DNA of 64,000 nucleotides from Rotaria socialis (Eukaryota): NCBI GenBank assembly GCA_905331295.1, contig CAJNYD010000069.1, positions 186,001 to 250,000 of the forward strand, read 5' to 3'. Shown piece by piece: positions 14,537 to 28,090 of this stretch (position 1 is its first letter; each line of letters starts with the position of its first letter). The notes under the pieces were generated by a model. It saw only the letters and a program-made list of their open reading frames with translations, ran no database searches and was not told where the DNA came from. The position numbers and the translations under genes were made by a program.

Positions 14537-15990
14537 CCCTAGGATGGTCAATGTGGATCCAGTCGGATCCGCACGACTACTTTTTGTCTGCCGTTTCCTA
14601 ATTCTCCTTGCTTTTCTAGTCAATGTTTTTTTCTAATCGCTAATCTGCTAGTGATAAACATAGACCATATCGTATTGTAGATAAAAGTCTCAAGAGACAA
14701 AAAATTAAAGGTAGGTCGACATGGACCCACTGCTACCCTTGGTGATACATATGATTTTTACCTATTTATAACCTGGCATCTACCTACCGTGTCTAGGTTT
14801 TATTTTTCAGATGATTCGTTAATTGCTCACTTCCAATAATGATTCGAATACTATTTTCATGTGTTCAAAAGATTTTGCTACCTCTTGATGAAAATATTCT
14901 CACCAGTACTTCCGGTTATGATGACCGCTCTCGGATTTTCTTACCTGGAAAAATGTCAAGTCTCAGTCTCTAGAGTTCAACAGATGCTGAATTCTAAAAA
15001 ATGACAAGTAAACCATATCTAAAGAGAAATCTAGATGTTCTTATGATGGATAATACTAATGAGCTTGACAAAAATATTTGCGAGGGCGACGAGTCGAATT
15101 CTGATCCAGATTATTCAGATGTTGAAACAGAATCCAATGACACATTCACTGATGAATGTATTTCAAAAGAAGATGATTCATCAGATTCTTTTAGGACAAC
15201 CGAGCAAATCTCTTACTAAGTCTCACAATGAGCGTCGTGTTGAAGAACCTCATCTATCATTTAAAACGAAACTTGCACTACAATCTCTTCGATTCAAACT
15301 TCGCCGGGAAATCTCCATAACTGAAAATCAAAACGATGATCTTGTCAAAAGAAAAAAGAGATGCTTTCTTTGTCCGACACATCCTGGACGCAAGGTTACG
15401 GAAAGGCATGATACATGTCAAAACCACGTTTGCAATACTCATGCAATCAGCAAAAGAACAATTATATGTCAATCATGTCAAAGAAATTCTTTAATTGGTT
15501 GAAACTTTAGATACAAAACTATTAGATAATTTCGATCAAAGATAGTTAAAGCAATTTACTGGTTATAAATGTCATCATGTTTTGTTTTAATTTATTCGTT
15601 GTTAAAAACTAGAAATAAAGAAACAAGAAACTGTTGTCCTTTTTATTATGAGAAACTCTCTCTGTCTTAACATATATTTCCATCTCGCCATGTACGAGAG
15701 TATTTACTAGCTTACAATCTGGTAAGAAATAGATTTGATTTTAAATCGTACTTTAAATTGTTCATGCTATTGTAATCTCTTATTAAAAGCGTGTCTTACA
15801 CTACCCAAATTCACGTCATGGTCTGTAGCCCTGTACCGGCATCTGAGAAGGACATAATGACTGTTCTCAATATGTCCATGAATACTAAGAATTACACAGA
15901 AAAATCGGATTCCTCCTATTCTTTTGCATGTGGGTCCGGGTGGATCCACAATCGCCTTTCGCATGATAAAATGTAGAAGCCTTCCGGAGG
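14537..15990 (+). mobile_element. Internally deleted piggyBac element
   Basis: TTAA on both sides (14533-14536, 15991-15994); termini CCCT.. and ..AGG; subterminal inverted repeats tgtggatccagtcgga / tccgggtggatccaca. Contains transposase remnants. Confidence 0.85.
15001..15502 (+). pseudogene. piggyBac transposase remnant (acidic N-terminus out of frame with the C-terminal Cys-rich domain; DDD core missing)
   Basis: 15001..15219 is acidic (DESNSDPDYSDVETES). 15059..15502 ends KRCFLCP...CQNHVCNTH...ICQSC, a piggyBac zinc-ribbon pattern. Confidence 0.8.
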
Positions 15991-18839
15991 TTAAGACTAT
16001 CGTAGTTTCTTACTAAATGCTTCAAATTTCTTGAAATTGATGCTTTCTTTGAAAATGAAGCACTGATATTCAGGGTAAAATGACTATCTTAAAAACAAAA
16101 TTGAATAATTAATAGTATCTCATTAATTATTTTCATGATTATATACACTTAAGCAGAATACACGCTTCTTTGAAGTGTACTTTCAGAACGGATAAGTTCA
16201 ACAGGAAGAAAAAAAAGTAGTCTGTTGCAATGATAATTACGATATTTATACATCGAACTAATTGATAAGAACTTTTAATACAAATAATAAATTGTGCGAA
16301 TCCATCTATATCTTAACTGGTTAGCTAAATAAATCTGTTGTTTTTCATCATAATTTATTTTACTATGATAATGTTTTAATTTAATATTTATATAAACGGA
16401 ACAGATTTTTATTTAACACGTATAGTTAGATATACGCAAATGGTTCTAAAATAAACTATGTAATCATATTTGTTATTTCTAGGACAACAATTCTTTTACA
16501 TTGAGAATGAAATCATATTACATAAAAATCATAGGTCTCTCAATGATATATTTGCTAATATGTATACTCATTACATTTCGAGATTATTTCTTATTTTCTC
16601 TAGATAATATTTTCGTAACAAGATAAGAAAATATTGTAAAACTATGTTTCGTTAAATCATTTAATAATAATTTATGGAATATAACGTAATAGATTTCGTA
16701 AAAATCATCTACAGTCTCCGGTTTATTCTATCATGTTTGCAAGTTTTGAATTTTTCTGTGTGAAAGAAAAGGAATTATTTATATAACACTTGGATTCATT
16801 GACAGACTGACATTAGAGCTTTTTCAACTTGATTCACAAGAGTATTGTGACAGTAATCAATCAAAGCGAAGGTTGTATAGCTCAATTAACGTTCTATAGA
16901 ATGAGTTAACTTTTACGCTAATGATTGAGAACACGTGAAGCTCATAACTCTAAACTCTAAAGCCCTGAAATGCTAACGCAAATAAAGGCACGCTTATTAA
17001 ATAGATAATAAAGTTATTTTTAGAGTTGTAGCATGCAATCAATACAATTAGTCTTTTATACCTTCAACTTCATGTCACTATTTTGAGATTCTCATCATCG
17101 AGGCTTATTTATTTTGATTTATAAACAATTGATAGAAAATTTTCAATGATCAGATATCTTGATCTCAAGTTTAGTGTTCTTGAAAATTCAAAAGCTGCAC
17201 TGCTGTCTCAGTTTATCGTCTATTAAAGTATGTGTTAAGAGACAAACCTCTTCTTTTGATGAAATGTAAGAGTTCATCTAAAATTTTACAAACTTGCTCA
17301 TTAGAACTTTACAAAGTACAAGAGAAGTAAACTAAAAACAAAGTCACAATAATGATGCAAAATTCAAGGTAAAATTCTACATTTTGGCTTATATATAACT
17401 CAAAAAAGGACATTCATGCGTTTTTTGTATGTAAATGTTCATCCAATACACGAATATTGGACACCCGCAATTCTCTCTTTGATCAAAGCATTTTCAGACA
17501 CTTTCTATAATACGTATCATGTAGAAAATATGTAGAATATTAGTGCATAGTTCATAAAATAATGAATGTTTTAATAACTTTCATTAGAATTGAGCGCACA
17601 ATGTCAGATATGTGCAAACCCTCTAATCATGAATTTGCACATGGTGATCCGCTTATTAAACTATGATTATTATACTGTTCAACGAATTATATAAAAGTGA
17701 CACTTTCAGTTAATAGCACGAATTTTTATTAGAGATGGCAATTATTAAAATCTATTTATTTTGTGCAAAGAATATTTCGCTTTTCTTTTACTGAAAAATC
17801 ACGATTGTACGATAATATTACTTGATAGAAATTCTGTATTTTTATTGTCTGTTTTTCAATATAAAAAATAAATAGTCAACCGATTGGTGAAGGAGCAAAA
17901 GACTTCTTCAAATTATAGTGATTATCATTTCACTTAATAAGCCCGAGTAGTAAATATTTATTCATATGAACATCGTTCGATTTATCGGTATCATATAAAT
18001 TCAGCCGTTGCTCGTGTCAAAATAGTCATTTTCTCTTCTTTTACATGAATAAAGTCAAGCTTTGAAAAGCATTTTATTCACAGAATAAATCATCAAATGG
18101 TTAAAAGATCGACTGAACTCATTAAATTGTTATTTCTATTATAAAATATTCACAGTGTGATCAATCTTTTAACCGTCTCCGTTAAGAACAAAAGACATAA
18201 TAAAAAAGCTTGCGCTGTGCAACCCCTGTGGGACTAAAATGTGGAACTCACATATGAGTGAATTGCGCTAACATTATACGGTTTGAAGAAAAAAATAAAA
18301 GTAACCAGAGGATAGATTTGACCCGTGCATTCGATAGAGCCTTATTTGTTGTATATGAGTCAACTATTTTCCCCGCAGTCAGAGTTTCCATTTCAGAGAA
18401 AATTGAAATCTCAAAATATATGAAAGGTCCGAGATTTCTTGACAAAATAAAATTACGAGTAAAATGTTGTTGCATGGTTAGCATATATGAAACGAATCAT
18501 TTTCAATCGAGAAGTCCAAGAGACATGTGCAGAATTTTACTCGCATGTATTATTCATGCATTTTCGGGAGTGTACTGCGATTGCTACTATTAAAAACGCA
18601 TATTTGTTTTAGAAACGCGCTTTATAGCTAAGTTCTTTTTTAACATTGTTTCGCGATAACAATGAAATGTTTAACAATGTCTCTCAGTCGAGAGGAGTCG
18701 ATAGAAGTAACAGAAGATGAAATAATATCATATTTTCTTTGAATATCTATCATATTAATCTGTTGTGACATTTTTTCAGTAAAATGTTATTTTCTTGCGG
18801 ACGACACTTAGTCAACAGTTCAACTTTTTACCATAGATG

Positions 18840-19126
18840 CCCAGGTCGAACAGTCCGGCCTGGAAACGGCCGGTTCCGAGTAGTTCCGTTGATTTTGTGG
18901 AAGCAGTATTCCGGTTGGAAATTTTTCCGGTGATTTTCGATCAATTTCTGTCGAAAAGCACCGGAACTTGGCAGGAATTCGCCGGAAAAGTCCGGCCGTA
19001 TTTTTGGCCGGAATACTGCTTCCATGTTCCAGCGATTTCCCGTGTTTTACTGCAGGATATGGTGACTTTCCCGCATATTCCCTGGAGTATCCTACGGGAT
19101 CCGGGGACCGGAATGTTCGACCTGGG
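18840..19126. mobile_element. GC-rich MITE, copy 2 (possibly CMC/EnSpm-like)
   Basis: TIRs cccaggtcgaacagtccgg / ccggaatgttcgacctggg, with TG on both flanks (possible 2-bp TSD). Confidence 0.85.
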
Positions 19127-20238
19127 TGTACCATATACTCAGTCAAAAATGGTAAAAAAATCATTGATTAATCTCTTATAGTTAGTGAGAAATCAAAAAG
19201 TCAAAATAAGAAATCGGTCGTGACATTTAGTGCGACAATAGCTACCAATCTGTTTTTATTTTTACTGTTTTGTTTCATCGTGAACATTTTTAAAATTTAT
19301 TTTTTAATCAAAATATTTCTCGCTCTTTGCTCTATCAAACACGAAAAAGAAATTTGAGTTAGCTTGTAAGTAGTCTTTAGTAGTTACAATTTAATCTGTT
19401 TTGACAAAAAATGGTAATGTGTATGTTTTCATATTTTTGCAAGATTTGATCAGGAAATCAAAATCGAAATTAAGATTACTTTATATAGTTAAAAAGAGGA
19501 GAACCTGAGCTGGCAACTTCAGTAAAAAAAGTCTATTTATCCAGTCAAAATTGTAGGACATAAAAAGGAATTTCTGTCGATAGATCCTGCCAAACAGCTT
19601 TCGTAATGATCTTTTATGCTTGAAAAATCCTTGCCACGCAAATAAAAACCTCGATAATTTTATGGTGAGTAGGACGGACTGAATGGAGCATTTCAACAAA
19701 ACAATTGTCCAAATCGATTGAGTAGAAGTTGAGTTATAAGATTTTTCGTGTTCGCAGAGCAATCGTATAATGTCAGCGCAATTCACTCGTATATGTATAT
19801 ATCCTTTAGGCATACTAAAATAATTCAAAATAGTTCATCTGAAAAATCTACCTTGATTTCCAAAACCTATAATTCGGTCATTGCCTATTTGCTTGTCTGT
19901 AATAAAATATTAATTGTTAGTTCGTATATTTAACAGCGGCAGAGATTAGTTTATTTGGTCTGTAATGGGCAAGCATTACTTTTTTCGTGTAGTCCGTCAT
20001 TAAAAATAGAAGAAATAGTAGCCTAATTAGTCAAGCTTCTAATTAGCACAATCTTAAACTCATTAATGTCTGTAATGGAGAGGGGGTGGAAAGCCGCAAA
20101 AATCTCACTTTTAAACTTGCACTAGCCATTTTCTTCGAAAATATATGTGAGCTCCACAAAATCTATAAATCATTCGTTCATTGTTAGTTTTATTAATAAA
20201 CAGAATAATGACAAATGAATAAAAGAAACTATTTATCT

Positions 20239-21340
20239 TTATTGACTTGCTAATAAGTTCCATGAACGTTCTTGATATTCATTGCGCAGTTTTTCATATG
20301 CTTGTTGCAATGCCATATTATTGATTTCAAATTCTCTTTCACGTTCGATAAATAACGGTTTAATATTATGCAAACTGTTCTCAAGTTCTTGTGATATCTT
20401 AGCAAGATCTTTCGAACGTTCTTCATCAGTTAATAAAAGTAAATGTTTTTCAATGCTGGCAGCTTGATCAAGCACATATCGACGTAATATTTCATTATAG
20501 ATACTTGATAAATGATGAAGAAAATAAGAATTACTTTCAATGGTATATAAAGCTGGAATAAAGCTTGTAATTTTATCATGAATTGTTAAATTAAATTTTG
20601 CTTTAATATCAAGACTCATAATAAGTTCAGGAACATGTTCAAATTGGTTTTTTATTTGGTGAATTATTGTAGATATTTTTTCAAGAAGATTTTTCGAATT
20701 GAATTCATTATAAAGCATTAAATCAGTTTTATCCGATGAAAGACCGTTGAATCCTGGTGATGAATTTATTGAATATTGATTGATTTCATTTGAGAAGTTG
20801 AGCAGATTAGTTAACTGATCTATAGTTTTAGTGATTAATACCATATTTTCATTGGACAAACGAACCATACTATTCAAAGAAACAGTTAACAGTCGTTGAA
20901 TCATTGCCGATGGTTCTGTAGTAAGAAGTCGTAATAATGTTTTGATACAATTTGGAACTCTTTCGACAGCAAGTTGAATACGCTGCATTGTTGAGTATGT
21001 ATCAAAAAATGTTTTATACATATCAGAACTAAACTGAACCATCGTCGTACGATACGATTGAGGATATCGAATATAGTTTACTGTCGAATTTGATGGAATA
21101 TTAAATGGAAAATCTCGTTCACTAGCCTTAATCAGTAGAGCTGACTGAAAATGAACAAGATGAATAGCGTTAGTAGCCAATTCTTTTGCTAATAATAAAC
21201 TATTCGATTCTATTTTACATTAAAATAAATAACACAAAAAAATAATAATAAAGGAAGTATTGCTTACGTGGTTTGAACTGAACGTCTTTTATTTCGTTTG
21301 CTATCACAATTTTATTCAAAATAGTGATAATCAACACCAT
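20239..21340 (-). CDS. Uncharacterised, predicted alpha-helical/coiled-coil protein, about 347 aa
   Basis: Exon 21340-21268 (MVLIITILNKIVIA..) splices in phase 1 to 21209-20239, which contains the 313-aa ORF. Start codon uncertain. Confidence 0.7.
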
Positions 21341-22808
21341 GCAAGAAATATAACAAAAGCCTAAAGTCTTGCATTTACATATAAGTAAATAATAGTTAAC
21401 AATTGATTTATGCTAACCTGTTTGCATTATGTTATAGATTCATAAACAAGCAAAAAATCCAAAAGAATTTATTTTTCGAATACGTAAAAGGACACAATTC
21501 TATTAATTTGCTTTTCTATTTCAAGATAGGCTTTAAAAGGAAATTTTCAAAAATGTTTTCGCCGATAAATAGCTGCGAAAAAAAAACAGCTGATATGTGA
21601 AAGCATTTTAGTTTATATCGTTGAGAATATTCGTAGAATATCAAAATGGTATTGATTCTAGTTTTATTGATATGAGAGGCCAACGAGCTTAATTCCATCA
21701 CTAGCAATTAATTTCGAAGAAAAAATATATATGTAGCTTTGAGTGAGTCGAAATAATTGCAGTTTTCAATATTCTATACATGTGACAATACAAAGAGATT
21801 CTATCAAATGGGATTATTGTTTTTTGAACAAGTACACTGTCGAAAGTCTAAAGCAATGTATGCTGGTTATCGGCTACACAATTTCGAGAGATATCAAAAG
21901 TCAAATAATATTAAAAGGGGTTCTCGTTTTACTTGAAATACATTCTTCAATAATAATAATAATAATAATAATAATGTCTTCACATCATGTATAGGAATAG
22001 TCGAAGTGGAAAATATATAATTGCCATTATGTTATTCAATTGAATGAAGTCATCTCTGAAGAAAAAAACTCGATCACGTAGGGAGTATAATTGCAATGAG
22101 ATTTTTTGTATGCTTCATTTATTTATTTTTTCATCAAATTTTCTAGGCGGTGACCTCTGATCATCAAGGTTCTTATTGACATGGTCTCATAGAGAATATT
22201 ACAATGGGTTTATTTAGGTCCGATGAATCGAAGGTCACGAATCTTTTCGTATAGTACTTAAGATTTCTATAGGTTTCTTTTTTCTCTTTATGATAATGAA
22301 CAATAATGGTATTAGAGAGATCTTCATCTTTGTTAACTATGAAAATTTCATCAGTTTCATTCAAAAGATCCTTTCCTGTGGATTACTTAGTAGAGGTGAA
22401 TAGACTTCTTCAAATATAAAAGTTTAGCAACGGACGAGCTCAAACAGTGAGACATATTCAACAAATCGTAATATATTGTATTATGACATATCGTCTTTCT
22501 ACTAGTCTATTCAATGACATTTCTCATCATTGCGATCTATGTGTTGTACTCTCCATACATACGGAATTATTAATCGATATATTTATAGAACCGAGTGAGT
22601 GTCCCCTAGTGAACAAACGTCAAAGCTTCAGATAGAAATTCGAGCTGAGAAGAACCCACGCACTTGTCAAACAAAAAAACTAATTTGATCAGTGAACTCT
22701 GAAAGAATAAAGTTCATCAACAAAAGAAACCATATACAACCAAAAATTGAATAACTATTCAAATTTTGAATAAATAAATAGAAAAATATTTTTCATGCTT
22801 TTTGTTTT

Positions 22809-25129
22809 CTACATAAAATCAATAGATGATTTAAAAAGATTTTGTTTTTTATCCATTCGATTTTGATTTAAATCTAACAATTGTCTAACTTCATCGGTGA
22901 CTAACATTTTATAATCCCATATTTCGTGTGGTCCTGTTTGCGATGGAATAGGTTTACGTCTTAGTCGTCCTGACCCTTGACTTGCACTGAAAGAATGGGT
23001 TGAATTTATTTGATTTGTAGATGATTGAATTAATTTTGGAAGAACAATTTTCGTTGTTGGTGATGGTTCAGTTTGATTTTGAACTGTTAAAAACAGTAAC
23101 CTATCATACATTTCTAAGAAGCCTTGGTGATATTTAAAATATGTTTCATTTAATTGTCTTAGTCCATCAGCAATCTAATAAAATACATTTCAAAAAAAGA
23201 AAAGAAGTGAACAAGAATTTTTTATTTTTCTACCTGTTTTTGATTATTTAATGTTAATGGATAAAATGTTCGATGAATCAATAAATTAAACCAATTTAAT
23301 TTTTGTAGGCTGAATTTAATTGTTTCAACTTCCCATAAAAGCTCAAGGCCTCTTTTTCTTTCACGATGCAACTGTTCAATAAGACGTGCGCTATGTGTAT
23401 CTGCATTATACCAACTCGATATTACTTCAACTGGTAATGGTAACGTATTTATATTTGGTTCACGATGAGTAATAATAAGTTTGCCATCTTTTGCTAATGA
23501 TTTTCGTAATATATTTATATATGACATCACTGAACTGTTAGAACTAGCATTTGTACGTTGACTTTCAGTTTGAACATCGTCATTTGTTGAAGAATTGCTT
23601 ATTTGATGAAGACAATTCAGTAGAATTATTCGATCAAATGCATTTGCTGTTAATTGTTCTTTGATTGCGCCTGAATAAAAAAAACAATTATTCTATGTAC
23701 CAGAAAAAGTTCAAAATAATTATCTAAATTAGACCCTCACACTAGGGTACTAATTATTTTCCATTAATCTTAATAAAATCTGTAATCATATTATAGTTGA
23801 TATTTCAATTATAATATCTATTTAATTCGGGAGCTAGAAACATAACAAATAGTTGTAGGATTCTTTTGAATCTCATCTTGTTGAGAATAACGCTTTAATT
23901 TCAAGAAATTTTCTCTGTAATATGATAGAAATCGATCATAGAGAATATGTCGTCATCAATTTTCTTTTCTTTTTAATACGTGTTCTGTCTGAGTATTTTT
24001 TTATGTCAATATTTTGATGGCAATCGTTATAAAAAAAAAAAAGAAAAAAGAAACGAGCTAGTCAATATAAGTTGACAACGTGAAATGTTTTTTGATGAAA
24101 TATAGTATGAAGAGGGACAAGATAAGTATAAGAAGAAAAAAAGAATAATAACATTGTAAAGATTTCGCTTTGTGTAGAAAATATTTTACAAGATAGTTAG
24201 GAGAAAAAAAAAGAATCGATACCAACGGGACGAATCACATTGAACGAAACTATAGGCAGATATAGCGTATAAATATTTTCTTAAATGGTTAATTAGTAGA
24301 TTGAATCTGATAAATATTGAAGTTCGGTTGAATGACATAACAAATAAGAATGGTATTGCATAGGTAATATTTGAATTAAATATCAAATTTGATGAAAAAA
24401 TAATGATTGTTTCATTTCAAATGCTTCGTTAAATGTACCGAAGAGTAGTAATTTTATTCAATCTTAACGCAATGCATTTGATTTATTTTCTGTCATTTGA
24501 ATATTTTTGTTCGGTAACAAAAATAAAGTTTTCTCTTATTCATCTGTGAATGCAAAGGATAATTTTTGTTTTGATCAATAGCACTGTTTTATCAGTTGCT
24601 AACAAACATTTGGTAAAGAGAAGAAAAAAATAATTCATGTTCTACAACTACTTCCATTAACTTTATAAAAAAAGGGAAAAAATCAATTTGAATAAATTTA
24701 TTTCATCGAAGTAACCTTCTGACTTACTCTCATATTTCCTTTAGATAAGAGTCGATTGAAGAATGAAAAGAAAAGTTCAATTAAATTTTGAACAGAATTT
24801 GTCTTCTACTGATATTACATACCTTGATGCAATTTGCAATCAATGAAATGAACGGGTTTAATAAGAAAAAGTCTTTCTTGAACAATCAACGCCCAATCAG
24901 ACTCTTCTCCAACTAAACATATACGATCATTACAATTGACTTCAGCATGTTTGGCCAAATAGAAACAGAATTCTCTTTCATATTGTTCACCAAATGGACA
25001 TTTGCTTACTCTGAATATTCGTTCATTAGTTACAATTGGTAAGCCAGTACGAAAATTGAGCGTTTGAAAATAATGTTCAGCAGCAATAGAAAAAGGTCGT
25101 GGACTCTCCGGTGCTAGATACGATGTCAT
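22809..25129 (-). CDS. Class I SAM-dependent methyltransferase-like protein (divergent), about 369 aa
   Basis: Exons 25129-24823, 23670-23234, 23174-22809 splice in frame. FDRIILLNCLHQI and LRKSLAKDGKLIITHR resemble methyltransferase motifs II/III; motif I is degenerate. Confidence 0.6.
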
Positions 25130-25411
25130 TTTTCTTTTTCGTACTCTCAAAAAACGATAAGAATGAAGGTAGTAAGTTTAAAAGAGAATTCAATTTTTCT
25201 CTTGCTTCTTTACCTCTCAAATAGAACCCACATTACTTTCCATTTTTTCTCTTTCTCTCATTTTTTCTCCTTTTTTTGTCGGTCGTGTTGATGATGATCA
25301 GCAGCCACATCATACATTGTAAACTCAGGATGTCATAAATAAAATAAAAAGAAACTGCAGACAGCCAGTTAAATAACTTCGAGCTATAATAATAATTTAT
25401 TATTTTTTCTT

Positions 25412-27576
25412 TTAATTTTGTATTTGAAGAAAATAACACCAATACAAAATATTAAAAAGAGCAAAACTAAGCGGAAAAGCAACGCGAGCGAAACCATCTA
25501 ATCTACTACGACTATTTATACCAAAACGAGATGCACGTTTACGTAGCTCACGTTTATGACTATCATTGCCTGATACACAAAACCAAAATTGAGCTAAATA
25601 GTATCGAATACTTTCTGAACATTGTTTTCGTTCTCGTCGAGGTTTTTTTTCATGCGTATCTTGATAACGCGGATAGTAAACAGATGAACGTGCATGGAGA
25701 TTTCGATTTCTTGGAGGATCATTTTCATCGAATAATACACTATCGATTGAATCATGATAGCTCATAAGTGGTTCACCATAACTAAACTAAATTAAATAGA
25801 ATTATTTTCTTCCGAGAAAGATCATCGAAATCAATTTCAACCTTAGTAAAATAATGAACAAAAGCAAATTGAAGTAATGATGCAAGTAAAAAACCATATG
25901 CCATAATAACAAACCAATCGAGTGCTGTTAGATAGGAAACAGCAGCTGTATAATTTCGTATATCAAAACTTAACGTTGCTAAACTGAGAAAAGTCATTAC
26001 ACCAATATTGACTCGATCGGCTGTTGCTTCACGATGAATAAAAAATGACACCCATGATAACATAACTAACATTGAACTTGGAATATATACTTGCAAAATG
26101 TAATAGCCCATATGTCGTTTAAGAACAAAATCAACACGAAGCACAGAAAAACTACCTGTATAATCACTTGTTGCATTACAAATATAATACAATGAAAACT
26201 CATCATGATTTTCTAAGTGTATAATGATATTGTTTTTCATGTCAATTGTAATTTTAGAACAGCAAACAATAGTAAAGAATGATATTATTTATTTTAAAAA
26301 AATCTAATATATTGTTAGTGTCTATCCCTGCAGCGAAACGAGATTTCCCCTATGAGTCGCTTATTACCCTTATAGTATGTTGCATAGGATCAACATTGAT
26401 TGTTTCGACTCTTTCTCTCTCTCTCTCTCTCTCGAATGAAATCTATACACATTGACAAAACTCAATTACACAAAGAAATACTCTGAGACGGAAAGTTTAC
26501 AAATAAATTGTCACTTCTCAATATACAGCATATGCAAGATTTCAACCAAGGTAATGCATGAAAATGTTCCGAAATTTCATCTTTTCTTTAGGCAGACCTT
26601 GATCGCTTTTAATCCAAACTTTCCTATCTTTAAAAACAAGTACATACGTCCATTCATATCAACACTTTCATCATACTGTGGATATTTAATCAGATCAAAT
26701 TGTGATAATACAACTTTTGTATCAAAAGAAACACTCGCATTATTTCCTAAACGCCAACCATATTGAATATCTGATGCTGGATTCGCAACTAAAAATCAAC
26801 CCAAAAAAAACCAATTGATCACGATTCAGCCTAATAATTAATTCTTACAGCTTCCAATAAGAAATTTACAAATTTGTATATCGACTGGAAAATTTTTCAA
26901 ATTCATATTACATCTTGCTTTGACTGTTATTCTATTGCGAGTCAAAATTATCGATGTAAATAATCAAGTTTTTTTTATCATTTAAATTACCTTGATGAAT
27001 ACCATATGGAACCATCAGGGAACAATCGCCATAGACGATTACTGGTTGGTATTGTATGTAAATAGGAATACTTCGAATTATAAAAAATTGTGTCCGGTCT
27101 CCAGAGTCGTTCAAGCATACGTGTCGATAATGAAAGTACACCAACTTCTTCAGCAAATTGAAGACGTTCATCACGCCACCGTTGACGAAAATAACAATTC
27201 ATTGTAAATGACTAAATTTACCGATATGAAAATAAATCGAAATGTTCTACTTCATTTATAAATACAAACCATGTCCATATCTTGAATAGGTCCAAAAGAA
27301 CTCACTAAGATATCAAAATTTATTTTCGTTGGACCTTCTGAATAATAAAAATGATTCAGAAACGAATACAATTATAGTTTTCGTTGTTCTACCTCCAAAA
27401 TTTGGTCGAACATGTGCATCATAATTTTCCAATAGTCCATCAAGAATTGTTGTGATTTGGCGTGCACGTCGCGATGCAACTGTTGAATTATCATTTTCCG
27501 ACGTATTATTATCGAATAATTGTGCTGAACTCGTTATAAACATAAATAATATACATTTTGCTATATTAACGATCAT
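25412..27576 (-). CDS. Cys-loop ligand-gated ion channel subunit, GABA-A/GRD-like
   Basis: Exons 27576-27393, 27337-27270, 27211-26991, 26931-26849, 26788-26648, 26155-25842, 25781-25412. Motifs YDAHVRP, YFRQRWRDERL, LWRPDTIF, Cys loop CNMNLKNFPVDIQIC, M1 YIPSSMLVMLSWVSF, REATADRV, M4 ARVAFPLSF..FNILYW. Confidence 0.92.
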
Positions 27577-28090
27577 TTTACACTCAAGTAAAAAGATGGA
27601 TCCAATGCTTTATCTATCTTATCTATTCATATACATATATATTAATGATTCCTACATCGACTGTTATTAACAGCTGTAGCCTAAAGCAGTTCATCACAGA
27701 AAACATGCACAGCAAACTAGTTTTCAGTGCCTTAAATAAAAAATAATTACATGCATCGATGGATCTCATCACTGTTTAATCGAGAAAAATTTTCTATCGA
27801 TATCTTCGAAGAAAAAAATATTTATTATTAAATAATCAAAATAACTAACTCGATCGATCAGATAAAATGATCGATACCCTAAAATAAGATTTGCGTGTTG
27901 ATGTAATCATCGATCAATCAGGAAAGAAATTCCTCGTAGAAATGATTCATTAGTCAAGCTCAATTCGATGATGTCATTGAGTAAGAGCAAAACCTATGCA
28001 TGAGCATTTATTTTCATATCTGATTATTTTCATTGATTTGCATAGAAAAAAATTAAAATAAAATAAACATTCAAAAAGAGAATGTTTTTA

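Noticed and set aside
11059..19126. Composite transposon carrying the GPCR
   Set aside because: The outer flanks (gt / tg) are not a duplication, and copy 2 has its own TG/TG flanks.
24716..24738. Micro-exon in the methyltransferase-like gene
   Set aside because: Both possible lengths (11 or 23 nt) shift the frame, and the flanking exons already join in phase.
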